Source: Psammoneis japonica (lineage: Eukaryota). From it: a stretch of 64,000 nt of DNA. Under the pieces are notes generated by a model. The model searched no databases, was not told the DNA's origin, and saw nothing but the letters and a program-made list of their open reading frames with translations. The stretch spans positions 1 through 64,000 of the forward strand of contig QPGO01000064.1 in assembly GCA_008632985.1 (NCBI GenBank), read 5' to 3'. Positions 1 to 13,819 of the stretch are shown in pieces. Position 1 is the stretch's first letter. Each line of letters starts with the position of its first letter. Position numbers and translations under genes: made by a program.

Positions 1-1408
1 CCTGCCTTGAAGCCACCACCAAGGAGAAGCTTTACATTGCAGCTGGACCCGAATTTGGCAAACTCGAAGGACACATCCTTGTCATCCACAAGGCACTGTA
101 TGGACTGCGCAGCTCCGGTCTCCGCTGGCACGAGCGCTTCGCCGACTGCCTGCGAGCTGAAGGCTTCTTCCCCTGCCGCGCTGAACCCGACATTTGGATG
201 CGCAGGGACGGCAACCACTGTGAACACATTGGCGTTTATGTGGATGACCTCGCCATTGCCATGAAGGATCCTCAATCTTTCATCAACACTCTCACGGAAA
301 AATGCAAGTTCAAGCTCAAGGGTGCGGGACCCATTGAGTTCCATCTGGGTTGCGACTTTTCCCGGGACCCCGACGGAACCTTGTGCCTGTCTCCGCGCAA
401 GTGCATCGAGCGCATGGTCGACAGCTGCGCCCGATTGTTTGGGGAGAAACCTGCCACCAACGCCCTGTCACCTCTAGAGAAGGGTGACCACCCCGAACTG
501 GACACTTCCGAACTGCTGGGACCCGATGGCATTCACAAGTTCCAGTCTCTTGTTGGTTCACTCCAATGGGCAGTGTCCCTTGGTCGAATTGACATTGCCA
601 CGGCTGTCATGTCACTCTCTAGCTTCCGAGCTGCGCCCCGTCAAGGCACTTGGATCGTGCCAAACGCGTCTGTGGGTGCCTCTCCAAGATGCGACACGGT
701 GCTCTCTGCGTTCGCACGGAAGAGCCCGACTGTTCGGATCTCCCTGCTCCGGCCTGTGAATGGATGCATTCCGTGTGTGGTGAAGCAGAAGAGATGATCC
801 CGAAGGACGCTCCACCGCCCCTTGGCAAGTTCGTCACTGCCACCCACTACGTCGATGCAAACTTGCACCATTGCATGCTCACCGGACGCTCTGTCATGGG
901 AATGCTCCACTTCCTCAACAAATTCCCGGCTGATTGGTTCTCCAAGAAACAAGCCACCGTGGAGACTGCAACCTGCGGATCTGAATTTGTTGCCGCAAGG
1001 AATTGTGTTGAGCAGATTGTCGACCTGCGCATCACCCTGCGCTGCCTTGGCGTCCCGATCCGCAATGTTAGTTACATGTTCGGTGACAACAAGTCAGTTG
1101 TAGACAGTGCCACCATCCCGCACTCCAAGTTACACAAGCGACACACCGCACTGTCGTTCCACCGTGTGCGTGAGGCAATTGCCTCTGGTTGCCTTGAGTT
1201 CCACTTCATCGAGGGCTCCCGCAACCCTGCTGACATTCTCAGCAAGCATTGGGGTTGCTCCCAAATCTGGGACCTTCTCCGCCCCCTCATGTTCTGGAAC
1301 TTCATCCCATCCGAAGTCGAATCTGTTTCTGTAGCTCCTCAAGCAAACTGGGGAGTGACAGGATTTGAACAGGATTTGGATGCGCGCGAAGTATCGCGCG
1401 CTGTTTAG
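1..1408 (+). mobile_element. Ty1/Copia (CoDi-type) LTR retrotransposon pol 3' end (RT + RNase H), degenerate
   Basis: KALYGLRSSG, YVDDL (RT), GRIDIATAV, HYVDANL, WFSKKQATVETATxGSEF, GDNKSVV, NPADILSKHW (RNase H). 1-bp frameshift at ~648 (PRQG/HLDR). Many Tyr positions now Cys/His. Confidence 0.95.
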
Positions 1409-1631
1409 TTTGCCACGCACAGTTTTGTGTGCTTTAGTTCCGCGCGTTCACGTGCGATGTAGTTTGCTTTCGAGCCACAAGGCTCACAAGAACAATGACA
1501 GCAGCCCGATTGCACCGACTTGCACGTCTTTCGGCTCCTGCAACGGTCTCTGAGCGGAGACTCATCTGCTGTTTAGACAGCAGCAAGGAGTCATTGTTTG
1601 AATTCTTGCCATTTGCCTTCATTTTCTGTCA
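1356..1631 (+). repeat. 3' LTR of the Copia element (~276 bp)
   Basis: Purine run GGGGAG (1350-1355, PPT-like) directly precedes TGACAG. The segment ends in the inverted terminus CTGTCA at 1626-1631. Confidence 0.75.
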
Positions 1632-1675
1632 AGACAATCTACTTTCTTCAACACAGTGGGCCTGAAAAGATGAAT

Positions 1676-1748
1676 GAATGTGTGATCTAGATGGTCCAGG
1701 TGTTCCACCATGGCAAGGATGGTCGTGGGTTCGAGTCCCACCCAAGCA
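1676..1748 (+). pseudogene. tRNA-like relic (tRNA pseudogene or SINE head)
   Basis: Perfect T-arm GTGGG-TTCGAGT-CCCAC, A-box-like TGATCTAGATGG, ~73 nt spacing. Acceptor and anticodon stems do not pair well. Confidence 0.4.
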
Positions 1749-2099
1749 CCGCAATGTTCTGCGCGTTTCCGTGTCACCGTGCATGGGGCACGCATGATGG
1801 GCACAAGTCCAGGCACTTCAACCTGGTTAGACCGGCGTGCATGTCCTGAGCGGACATCTCATCCCCTTCATTGAGGGCCTTCAGCGAAGCCGGTGAAAAG
1901 GGTCGGGCCAGAGTTCTGCTCGCCAGCCGATGTGAGAGTGACAGGTGTGATGCCATGCAGCAAATGGTGCCAACAAATGAGCAGTCCTCAATTGTTGGTG
2001 GTCATCTGAAATGTCCCCTGAGAAGTCTTCACAGATTTCTGTCAATGAAGAAGATGGAGCAGATGCAGATGTGAGAATGAAAGAGATCACAGAACAGGA

Positions 2100-3050
2100 A
2101 AATGAAATGTCACATGCTGCAAAGCATGTCGAGTGAGCTCGAAGGCAACGGACACTTGTGCAACAGCACGTTTTGGAAGAGACAGAACACGTGAAAGCCA
2201 ACAAGGCACATGGTGAGCAAACTTGTGCAAGGATTGGTGGCTGTTGTCAAAATGGCGGGCTTCCACATTTTGGGGCGGATCAGCCAGGGGAGATGCACTG
2301 CTTCTTTCCTTTGATGTTCAACACGTTTGAGACTGACGACCCTGCGGGGGAAAAAGTTGTGGTGGTGACGGAAGATGAGTTCAAGGATTTTTTGCATGCA
2401 TCATGTGTCTGCCATGAGGGTGCTGGACAAAAGGGAGGTGACAATGTTGCTTCCCTTGTGATGAAGCACTTGCATGATGGTGGGCTGTTGGATGTCAGCA
2501 AGGGTCCAGGCGGAAAGCTTGCATTGATTTTTGACAACTGCACCGGGCAAAACAAAAACAACACGGTGTTGAGACTTGCTGTGCACCTGGTGGAACAAGG
2601 ACATTTCAAAGAAGTGAGCATTGTTTTTTTGATGAAAGGGCACACCAAGAATGCCTGTGACAGGCTCTTCAACAGCCTCAAGCAAACTCACCATGACAAG
2701 AACATGTTGGCATGTTCCGCAAACTCTTGACAGCCTTGGACACCTCCAAGTGCACTCAGGTCATTGAAGCAAAGGGGAGGAGGATTTTGCAAAACATTCG
2801 ATGGAATGCCGCCATTTTTAAAATGTCACATCATGTGTGTTTGAATTGTTGAACTGACACGCCGAGGCCAACATGCTTGATGTTGGCGGTTCTAACCTGA
2901 TTGTCACAAAGACCCCTGCCAAGAGACTCAGAGTGGAGACTCGAGACAAACCTGAGGATGCCAAAAGGGAGGCAAACTCAGAGGAGCAACAAAGTTGAAA
3001 AGAGCTGCAACTGAGCTGCCTGGAGAGAACACTTGCTGCCAGAGATGAGA
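2100..3050 (+). mobile_element. Decayed DNA-transposon transposase-like ORF (DNCxGQNKN ... GHT ... DxxF motif family)
   Basis: LPHFGADQPG, HEGAGQKGGDNVASL, FDNCTGQNKNN, FLMKGHTKNACDRLF. Stops and frameshifts around it; no Tyr; TpA-free. Confidence 0.7.
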
Positions 3051-4190
3051 ACGAGGAGAGCACTTTTTTGTGAGCCAGGAGATGGGTCAGTGAAAACACC
3101 ATGGGGTCAGTGAAAACATGGGGGGAGCCCATGAACCAAACACTCCAGAGTCACATTGCTGCTGCACAAAAGTGGACATCACTGGCTTGAAGCACTCCAT
3201 GAGGTTTTGTCAAAAGCTCCAGCACCAGCATGGCAGGGAAAACATCATGTCACAGAAGCCAAGAGAAGCAAGCACCTCCAACACAGCAACAACAATGACC
3301 GCCCACATGAGCACCAAGTTTCTGCCTTGTGACAAAAAAAGCCATTGGCACCATGGCATTTTTTGTCTGTGGTTGTTGTTCAACTTTTTTCAGTGCAAAC
3401 AGACAGGCTTGTTGTGAATGATTTTGTTTGGTGGTTTCTCCCCTTTCACAAGTGCAAAGTTCTTGCAACCTCATTTGCGCCTTTTTTCAACTCCCTGCTC
3501 TAAAAGAAATTGAACACACAAACAACACTTTTGAATCTGCTGCATCTGGGTTAGCTCACATGGTCATTGATGTGTTTTGGAGATCTGGCTTGGCCACCTC
3601 CTTGTGCGCTGACTTTGAAACAAGCACCCCGCTTTGTGGCAAGAAGCGCGCGCTGTTTTGCCGCTTCTTTTGGTGCACACATCATGTTCATTTCACATTG
3701 TTGATTGGTGCTGCTCACACAATTGAAAAGTTGAAAGAAGTTGTCAAAGCTGACTGCACACTGTCATGGTGACTTGTGCAAAAAACACATCACAGCGCTG
3801 CCCCGCATGCTGGGGAACATGGCCACACGTTGAACAGACTCCAGTGTGCACTTTGTCATGGAGAATGTGGAGTTGAAGAAGACCAGCTAGAGCTGGAAAT
3901 GGCTGCGAGGTGCTGGGTTTGCTTCAACTGGAACATGCAGGTGTGGGATCTGTGCTTCAAAGAACCAAGTTGGTCTTTTGGCACTCGCAGTTGACCAGAT
4001 GAGCTCCCCACTCTCCCAAGACCCATCACTTTTGGATCCTGCAGTTGCACAGCATGTTGATGGGCGCAGAGTGATTGACATGGAGCCCTTCATGTTGGGG
4101 GAGTGCACCCCAGTCTCTCAATCATTGTGGGAGCTGGCAGTGAGGGCAACGAAAGGGTTGGAACCGCGGTGCTCCGTCGGTTTACGACAA
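3050..4190. mobile_element. TpA/CpG-depleted repeat relic, family uncertain (weak piggyBac-like hints on minus strand)
   Basis: Only ~3 TpA seen in 1.1 kb. Cys/His-rich spurious ORFs. Family assignment rests on faint motif resemblance only. Confidence 0.45.
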
Positions 4191-4742
4191 CCTTGTGGCA
4201 GGCAGTCACTTTAGTGAAAATGTAGACCCTTTCAATTAAAAAAAATGTCGCAGAGAATGTCTATAAAATAGTTCTTCAACGTTGGCGGCTCATCCGCCCT
4301 GCATCGATTGTTGCCGGTCACAGTTTTGTCTTGTCGTCGACATTTTAAGAAGTCTCGAGCGGACAGAATGATTAGTCATAGAGACAAAACATTTATACAG
4401 CATTTCGCGCGAATAGCTATTTAGGGACAAAACATTTAAAAACGACTTTGTCTTTAACAAATTCATCAGCGACATATACAGTTTTTCGTAGCTGTAATCT
4501 TTCGGAATAGCCCTACATGGGAATGAATTAAAGCCCCCCACAATTCGACTTTTATGGTGACAATAATCCTACCTGCGCGTTGTTCAAAAAAGACAACGAA
4601 CGAAAGCCTCTCTACTAGTAGAGGACAAACAAAACATCACAAAGCAAACAATACAAACGTTCTAGTCACTCGACACCAACGTTCGACGTGATAGATTGTG
4701 TATCACGCCGTCGTCTCGACGCGCATCAGCAACTTGAAAACT

Positions 4743-7078
4743 ATGATGATCATCAGAGCGGCATGGACTGTGCTTGCTGCACTTGCTTTTGACGTCTTTG
4801 ACGCAGCTTCGGCGCAAAAACAAGAAAAACCCAATATTGTATTGATTGTAGCGGATGATCTCGATGCCGACGAGCTTGGAGTAACAGCTCAAGAGACAGG
4901 CATTTGGCCAACTAATACAGGAGCTGGACGGCTCGGCTTGTGGACTAAAAAACATGATCCAAATGTACTCACACCACACATTGATTCCCTGGCAAGAGAC
5001 GGTGTACTCATGACCAAATATCATGTCAGCAACACGCAGTGCACCGGAAACCGCTACGCTATGCTAACGGGACGGCAAGCGACGCGTGGAGAGGACTTGC
5101 TGAACCATTTTCCAGTTGGGACTCTCGTCAATTTGGGTTGGGAAGCGGGAATTCTGAGAAACGAAACCAATGTGGCTAAATCGCTTCAAGCACTTGGATA
5201 TCGGACTGGCATTATTGGAAAGTGGCACAACATTCCCGAGAACGAGTATGCCAAACGTAGGCTCCCTTTAAAATATCGACCAGATCATTTGCCAAACGCC
5301 AACTACAGTCACACGCGGTCGGTCCATGGAAACTCAAGGCTCATTATGACGCGCATGTGGCATACCTCAAAGATGGATTTGGTTGGGATGTGGTGGATAG
5401 GATGGAATGGGGTAATTCCATTGTAAATTTACAGTGGCAAGCCCAAGGTGCTGTCGAGTTTATCAAAGAGAGCGCTTATAACAGCCCTTTCTTCCTTTAT
5501 GCTGCTCTCCCTGTACCACACGGTCAATATTTCTTTTCTTTTAATGATCTGGAGAGCTATGACGATCGAGTCACTTCCAGAGGGATCATCACTAACGTGC
5601 CCAAGGTGTTACCGCCTGTATTCAGCGTCAATGCCCGCACGAAAGCGGCTGGTGTGAAGAAAGCGAATGCAATGGCCACACGAATGGATGACTATGTTGG
5701 AGTGATTCTGCGAGAGCTAAAAGATTTGGGCTTGAGTGACAACACCCTCGTAATGTTTACGAGTGACCACGCGAGTCGCGGAAAGAACGGATGCTATTCT
5801 GGCGGTGCTCACGTGCCTTTTATCGCTCGTTGGCCTCGAAAGATTAGGAAGAACACAAGAGTCGACTCCCTTGTGGCCAGCGTTGACCTAGCCCCTACCA
5901 TTATCGATGCCGCGGGAGGAACCGCTCCCGCTGATATGATTGACGGGATTAGCTTCAAGCCCGTGATGTTGGGACAACCCGAACCGAAGAACTTCCGGTC
6001 GAGCATTATACTTGAAGCACAGACTACCCGCGCCGTTGTCACAAAAAAATGGAGCTATATTGCGAACAGAGTGACCCCCGAGATTGCCAAGGCGATGGCA
6101 AAAAGACCGGGCAAAGTCTTTTGGTCCGGAGTCGACCATCACAATTATGATAACGAGCTAATGTATCCTGCGTACTGGGATGCGGACCAGCTGTATAACC
6201 TTGAAACGGATCTTTATCAGCAGGTTAATCTTGTTGCGGACAAACGCTATAGTGGCAAACTGAAATCTCTCAGGGCTGAACTTCATCGGTATATTGCAAC
6301 GACTCTTCATTCCTTTGGTGAATTCGGAAAGGGCGGTTCTCAACTTGACGCGGGCGGTTCCCAACTTGGCGCTTGGACTACACAGAACTTTCTCGAGTTC
6401 ACCGAATCTGAAGGTTATGCGAAAGGAAGCCTTAAGGCCTCTGATGATTGGGTTGGGACTTTGGAAAACTATATGGTGCACCCTGCTGGCCGAGGGTATC
6501 TGCAGCTGCCAAAAAGAAGACATGCACGCAACGTTGCCCTGATGAAAGCTGGGCTTCCTCTTTCAAACAGATATGAAGTTGTGTTGGACTTTAAATTTGT
6601 ACGACGACGAGGGAAACTTGATAAGGAGCAAGGTGTGCTCATGGCTGAGATAAAAGAGCGTTTGAAGAATGGAAAAGAGGGTAGCAAGCTGGGAATTTCT
6701 TTGATGCGATCAAGAAGCGGCGATATATACTTGTTGCGGCTCGAAAATAGCATGAGTTCAGAAGCGTGGAAGGCTAGAGGAATGGACATCAATGAAGACC
6801 TTTTGGGCTTCGGCGGTACAAAAAACGCTGCCCAGAGTGACCAACTGCGACTCACGTTCAAAGTCCAGCGCGGTTCAAAGAAAACTGACTGGAGGGTTAC
6901 CAGCACGATGGAAAATCTCGACAATGAGAAGGTTGTTTCTATACTGACTCATACGCTGGACTCGTCTCAGGACTTCTATACAGATGATATTCTATTCACC
7001 GCTATTAATTCGGTTGACTCAGAGGATTCGTCGCTCTTATTGGGTCGCACGGTTCAAAAGATCACCGCAAGGTCTTGA
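4743..7078 (+). CDS. Secreted sulfatase (S1 family) copy 1 with C-terminal beta-rich domain; 1-bp frameshift at ~5329
   Basis: Signal peptide, KPNIVLIVADDLD, CTGNRYAMLTG, GYRTGIIGKWH, FTSDH, HVPFIARWP, QLYNLETD. CATGG-AAA here versus CATGGCAAA in copy 2. No introns. Confidence 0.9.
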
Positions 7079-7223
7079 GAGACCACGCGGTCGCACTTCT
7101 CAGTCCCTCATCAAAACGTGGCATTTAGTCTAGGTGTATGCTGTTGGCAAATCTTACAAGTATAATGGCACAAAAGCGTTTCCTATAAAAAAGATATAAC
7201 TACTGTAACTGTTCAGGTTTATG

Positions 7224-8760
7224 TCATGTCCTGTGCAAAATTTCTGCCTTGTTGTGGGGCTCAATTTTTGCACATCTGTGTCAAGCACTGTCCTGGTGGC
7301 ACCATTTCATCAGATGACAGTGAATCAGAGGCATGTGATGCAAGCCTCGCTGTGCCTGTGGCAACAACAAACCTGAGAGGGGAAAGAGAAAGAGAGCAGC
7401 AAGGAGATGAGGTGTCCGGGTCATTGCAGGTGCTGCTTTTTGCACTGTGCCAGATGATGCTGGTGCACCCAAAAGATCTGATGTGCAAGAACATTGCTCA
7501 CAGCCTCAAAAGATTCACCCTGTGGTGTCTGGGCTGGCCTGGGACACCAGGGTGGCACACTCCAAACTGGAGGGGAAGCACATGCTTTTTTCAGGAGACT
7601 GCACAGTGCATGATGGCAGCAGCTGGCATGGTGCCCCCCCCCCCCTCTCCTGCCCTTCCCACCTGGAGCAGCATGCATGTGTTAAAGAAGAGGGCAGCTC
7701 ATGCCCCCCTCCTCCCAGGCAAACCTCTCAGACTGTGGCTGCCACCACTCAGAGGCCACTGCTGCAGCACCCCTGCTGGCGCTGCTCCTCCTCCCCGTGC
7801 TGTTGCTCCTCATTGCTCTGCAAGGCCTTTGCCCAAGAAAGCAAGGAAAAAAGCTCTTGCAATGCCTGAAGGAGTGGCTGGGAGAAGTTGCAAAATCCCC
7901 AGATGCTCCAGCCACATGTTGCAGCCCTGGACAAGCCCAAGAGCCTTGGCACCAAATCCAGGATGGGTTTTGTCATCAATTTTTTGGTTTGATTGCCGCT
8001 TTCAAGGTTGTTGCAGAGAGCAGTGCAGCAACCATCTCTTGTGCAAGACAGAGTTGAAAAGGGAAGGCCGCGAGTCGTTGAAACATTTTTGACAAGGTGC
8101 TTCTCAAGAAGGACACAACAGAAAAGAAACAAAGTTGGCCAAGTGTGACAAGCACTTGCGAAGTTGCTCCACAAGCACTTTGTTGGGCAAGAAGGCAGTT
8201 TGAAGTGACAAGAAACTGTGGGCCCCAAACACTGCTCACTGCACTTGCCCTGGCAATGGGGGTTGCTCTTCCAAGGACATGCCAACAACACCCTCAAAAA
8301 GCACAGCTTTGTCAAGCAAAGTGCGTGTGAAAATGTGCAAACGTTGATGCTTTGGTTGTGACTTGCTGTCGAAATTGTGCGCCAGCAGTTTTTTCCCATG
8401 TCTGGCAACAAGGACTCCGCTGTCTTGACTTTCTCTCAGAGCTGACACTGTGCCCAGCAGAAATGGGAAGTGAGCTCCATGTTGCACTGTGCGCTCAGTG
8501 AAGCACAACAGCTGCAGTGAGCATGTCATGCTCAGCTCGATTTTTGAGCTTTGCACGCCTCCCACCCTCCCTCTTTCTTGTGCCGCCACTTTCCTCAGGC
8601 AGTTGCTTGGAGTGTCGAGACAGCAACCTTTTCACTGTCTCCCACCACAGGTTACAATGAGACAGGGCTTTTTTGTCCAAAATGAGAGAGAGTTTTCACC
8701 AATGGCGATCCTCACCAAAAAACAAATTAACGCCCGCACGCTGACACACGTGGGTTGAGT
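7224..8760. mobile_element. TpA/CpG-depleted repeat relic inserted at the end of the sulfatase duplication unit
   Basis: Homology with the copy-2 3' flank (CTGTTCAGGTTTA) stops at ~7221. One TpA (GTTAAA, ~7683) seen between 7224 and 8650. Confidence 0.6.
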
Positions 8761-11049
8761 GCTATCCAAACGGTGTGTCATTGAAATAAATTCCTTTGGT
8801 GGCTGAAGATCACTGGTATGATGGCACGACGCTTTTGGGCCACGTCCGCGCGGCCATCGCTGTGATTTTCGACAAAACGCTCATAACCCATAAAATCAAT
8901 TTTTCTTCATCCAAAACGCAGACACGCGACGCAACTCAAGTCGACCATGGGATCGGTTGCGGCGGCGGCAATATTTAACACCAAGTGTAAGAAACACCTG
9001 GAGAGTATGTTAAAACCTCATTATGATGATAAGGTAAGGGTGATAAAGCAAGGCATCTTCATTTGATGCCTTTAATCGTCATCTGAACTTTTCACTCAAT
9101 TTCTTTGTTTCTTCTGCATCCGACACGACAGCAAATGTTTTGAAGGTGTAAAGTGGAAGGTATTAGGCAGGTACCCATGACTTGGACGATATATTCGATA
9201 AAGATGACATAGAAAGGCACAAGTTCTTTCTTTGGCAGTGTTTTCCGTTTCAAAAACAAAAGCAAGCGCGGAAATCCTTGCTCACAACGATCATTTGCAA
9301 CATTCAAATCGACTCAATGTCTACGTTATTCCATCCAAATGATTCATCAACGGCTAAAACACCACCCTCTATGTCTAAATGAGACGATCCTGGGCAGTTA
9401 TCAGTTGTCAAAAATTTATGAGAGTTCCTGAGGAGCCGCAAGCAGTTGGACCTCGGATCCTTTGAACATGCCAGCTCCAACCAAATCGATTCGGAGCACG
9501 GCTTAAATTGTTCATATTGTCTGCAAAGAGGCGTTTTGAAGCGGCACATATTTCTAAGATCGGGATCAAACTGTAGAAAATGCTGCCAGTGATAGGTAAA
9601 TGACGACAGCTGGCCGGAACCCATTTGTCGGACACCATTTTCATCATTTTGTACAGCATGCACGGAACGATGCGCAGTTTGTCAATAATGTAGATTGAAG
9701 GCTTTAAAATAGTGCAGGAAGCATCTAATATATAGAAGGACATTAAATATGAGCAATAGCAAGAGTCAACAAACACAATTAGTGACATTGAAGCCCGAAA
9801 GTAGGATTGATCCGGAACTTGGTGTGAGCAGGTGGTTCTCTCTGCAAGGCTCCAAGCGCTAGAAATCACTACTGCAATGATGAGAATAGAATTATCAATG
9901 AGTAATTTGACAAAAGTGGTATAGACTAGTGCTGTTAATGGCTAATTATGACTAGGAGCTACATGCCACGACCTCGAGGAGATGCACATGCCACGGCAGA
10001 TTGAACTGGCAGACCCCAGCATGCCGAGAAAACACTCGTATCAATGTCTATTCTCTGCTGAGCATAGTTACAGTTCGATCTTGAAGGTTTGAGGGTCTCG
10101 GCAAAGCCCCTTTGAGGGACAAACAAGGTTTACAACTGTGCTTTGCATCGATTTGGCTGCAGGTGCTAGATTCGCAGAAGTCTGAGTCCACCTGCTTGCG
10201 GGCCCTCACGTCCTTGAATTGCTCTTTTGTTACCTTGTCTTGCCCATATTAGCTTCCTTTATTACATGAAGGGGCTCTCTAATTCCTTGAACAACCCCTC
10301 CTCATGAATTTCTTGGCATTCTGAGTCGATCAGGCGGTTGCAATAGGAAAAGGCGACGGATGCACTTGTGGATGAGCTCTTGTTTTCAGCTCAGCATCAC
10401 CTCCCACAACAGTCAGGATATTTTCTCCTTCATCTCGATCATAAATATCGACGAATGAACGTTATCCTATGCCGCACCTTCAATGTTGAACCTTGAGAAC
10501 GTCGCCTGAAGTTGTCGGAAGCAGCGACATCGGGTGAAACAAGTGGGCGGCAGCAAAAGTCTTTTTTCGCTCTGTAAGTCCAAGATTCGCAATGTTTTAC
10601 ATAGAACGACAGACATGTAAGTAAATGATGAGATACAATTGAAACATTGCGAATGTTGACCCAAGAACGCAAGCAGTAACGTTCTTACCGATGAACGGCG
10701 ACTCACCATTTTCGTTCCGTAACTTTTACGCATTTTTTGTACTGTGAATTGTGGGAGGCAGATCTGAATTTCGGCCCAAAAAAAAGAAGGAAGGAGCGGC
10801 TTTTCAGTACTGCCGTAGAATCTACGTGCAAGATGACGTCACAGTACAAAATGCCATTTCTACGCAGCGGTGGCCGCTCCCGCGAGCGTCGTGTGTTTGA
10901 CAACCTCCGGCCCGGCACTCCAACTCGGCGTCCCGTAGAAATGCACGCGAACGAGATCACAAATCACACAGCATTCTCAAATTCTCCACTTGACACCAAC
11001 CTTCGACGTGACATTCACCGTTCTCACGCCTTCGGTCCTCCTTGCTTCG

Positions 11050-13355
11050 ATGATGAACAAAGCGGCGTGGATTGTGCTCGCTGCACTTGTCGTCCTTGAC
11101 GCAGCTTCGGCGCAAAAACAAGAAAAGCCCAACATTGTGTTGATTGTAGCGGATGATCTCGATGCTGACGAGCTTGGAATAACAGCTCAAGAAACAGACA
11201 TTTGGCCAACGAACACGGGAGCTGGACGGCGCGGATTCTGGACCAAGAAATATGATCCAAATGTCCTCACTCCTCACATTGATTCCATGGCAAAAGACGG
11301 CGTAATCCTGACCAAGTACTATGTCAGCAACACGCAGTGCACCGGAAATCGCTATGCCATGCTAACGGGACGGCAACCGACGCGTGGAGACGACTTACTG
11401 AAACACTTTCCTGCTGGAACTCTCGTCAATTTGGGTTGGGAAGCGGGAATTCTAAGAAACGAAACTAACGTTGCCAAATCTCTCCAAGCATTGGGATATC
11501 GGACTGGCATTATAGGAAAGTGGCACAACATTCCCGAGAACGAGTATGACGAACGTAGACTCCCTAAAAGAAATCGACCAGATCATGCTGCAAATGCCTC
11601 CTACAACCATACGCGGTCGGTTCATGGCAAACTCAAGGCTCATTATGACGCCCATGTGGCATACCTCAAGGATGGATATGGTTGGGACGTGGTGGATAGG
11701 ATGGAATGGGGTAATTCCATTGTAAATTTACAGTGGCAAGCCCAAGGTGCTGTTGAATTCATCAAAGAGAGCGCTAATAAGAGCCCCTTCTTCCTTTATG
11801 CTGCTCTCCCTGTACCACACGGTCAATATTTCTTTTCATATAACAATCTGGAGAGCTATGACGATCGAGTCACCTCCCGGGGGATCATCACTGATGTACC
11901 CAAGGTGCTGCCGCCTGTATTCAGCGTCTATGCCCGTACAAGAGCGGCTGGTGTGAAGAAAGCAAATGCAATGGGCACACGAATGGATGACTATGTTGGA
12001 GTGATTTTACGAGAGCTAAAAGATTTGGGGTTGAGTGACAACACCCTTGTACTGTTTACGAGTGACCACGCAAGTCGTGGAAAGAACGGATGCTATTCTG
12101 GCGGTGCTCACGTGCCTTTTATCGCACGATGGCCTGGAAAGATTCGGAAAAACACAAGAGTCGACTCCCTCGTGGCCAGCGTTGACTTAGCCCCTACGAT
12201 TATCGATGCCGCGGGAGGAACCGCCCCCGCTGATATGATTGACGGGATTAGCTTCAAACCCATGCTGTTGGGACAACCCGAACCGAAGAACTTCCGGTCG
12301 AGCATTATACTTGAAGCACAGACTACCCGCGCCGTTATCACGAAAAAATGGAGTTATATTGCGAACAGAGTGACCCCCAAGATTGCCAAGGCAATGGCAG
12401 AAAATCCAGGCGAAGTCTTTTGGTCCGGAGTCAACCACCACAATTATGACAACGAGCTAATTTATCCTGCGTACTGGGATGCGGACCAGCTGTATAATCT
12501 TGAAACCGATCTTTATGAACAGGTAAACCTCGTCGCGGACAAAAATATAGTGCCCAGCTAACATCTCTCAGGGCTGAGCTAGACCGGTATATTGCAACGA
12601 CTCGTCACTCCTTTGGTGAGTTTGGAACCGGCATTTACCAAGGTATCACGCAGGCTACACAGAACTTGTTCGAGTTCACCGAATCGGAAGGTTATGTGAA
12701 AGGAAGCCTTAAGGCCTCTGATGGTTGGGTTGGGACGTTGGAAAACTACATTGTGCACCCTACTGGGCACGGTTATCTACAACTTCCAAAAGGCAGTCAT
12801 GCACGGAACATCGCGGCGATGAATGCTGGTCTTCCACGTTCAAACACATATGAAGTTGTGTTGGACTTTAAATTTGTACGAAAACGAGGGAGACTTGATA
12901 AGAAGAGAGGTGTGCTCATGGCTGAGATAAAAGAGCAGTTCAAGAACGGAAACGAGGGTAGCAAACTGGGAATTTCTTTAATGCGATCAAGAAGCGGGCG
13001 TATATACTTGTTGTGGCTCGAAAGCAGCATGGGTGCAGAAGCGTGGAAGGCCAGAGGCACGGTCATCAATGAAGACCTTTTGGGTTTCGATGGTACAAAG
13101 GATACCGCCCAGAGTGACCAACTGCGGCTCACGTTCAAAGTTGAGCGCGCTTCAAACAAAAGTGACTGGAGCGTTACCAGCACGATGGAAAATCTCGACA
13201 ATGAGAAGGTCGTCTCTATGCTGACTCATAAACTGGACTCTTCTCAGGACTTCTATACAGATGATATTCTATTCGCCGCTATTAATTCGGTTGACTCAGA
13301 GGATTCGTCGCTCTTATTGGGTCGCACGGTTCAAAAGATCACCGCAAGGTCTTGA
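11050..13355 (+). CDS. Secreted sulfatase copy 2; 1-bp frameshift at ~12545
   Basis: Paralogue of copy 1. ORFs 10990-12561 and 12666-13355 join by restoring one base in GACAAAAATATAGT. Confidence 0.9.
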
Positions 13356-13819
13356 GGGACCACGCGGTCGCACTTCTCAGTCCCTCGTCAATACGTGGCA
13401 TTTAGTTTAGATGTACGCTGTTGGTAAATCTAACAAGTTAAACAAAACCGTGTCCTATAAAAAGATGTAACTAGTAGCTGTTCAGGTTTACGACGGACAG
13501 ATGCTGTATATAAAGTTGTTCTCCTCATCTCAAGCCACATGGCCGACGAAAGGGCAATTTCTCTGTCATTTCCCATTTTGAATTTGAGACATAGCCCAAG
13601 GATATTTTAGTTTTGTGTTGTGGCGATCTGGAGGAGGAAGGTCCAGGTCCAACCATTGGGGTGTGATTGTGCAACTGAGACGCCATCACTTCCCAATGGA
13701 TCTTCACAAGAAAGACATAGTCCACGCACTGCCAAGACCTTGCGTCGTCTGACACTAAAAAAGGAATCATTGTCTTTGTGGATCGAGTTTCTATTTTCCA
13801 CTTCTCTTGTACTTGTACG

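Noticed and set aside
7226..8411. Long Cys/His-rich ORFs in the islands (e.g. 7226-8092, 7749-8411, 25398-25841, 29800-30635, 37581-38378) as novel metal-binding proteins
   Set aside because: TpA loss removes TAA/TAG stops and turns Tyr into Cys/His, so long open frames appear on both strands. No domain signal is visible.
8760..10700. Possible PIF/Harbinger relic between sulfatase copies 1 and 2
   Set aside because: Only a faint motif resemblance near 10140-10185 and fragmented ORFs; no DDE motif or TIR that I can support.
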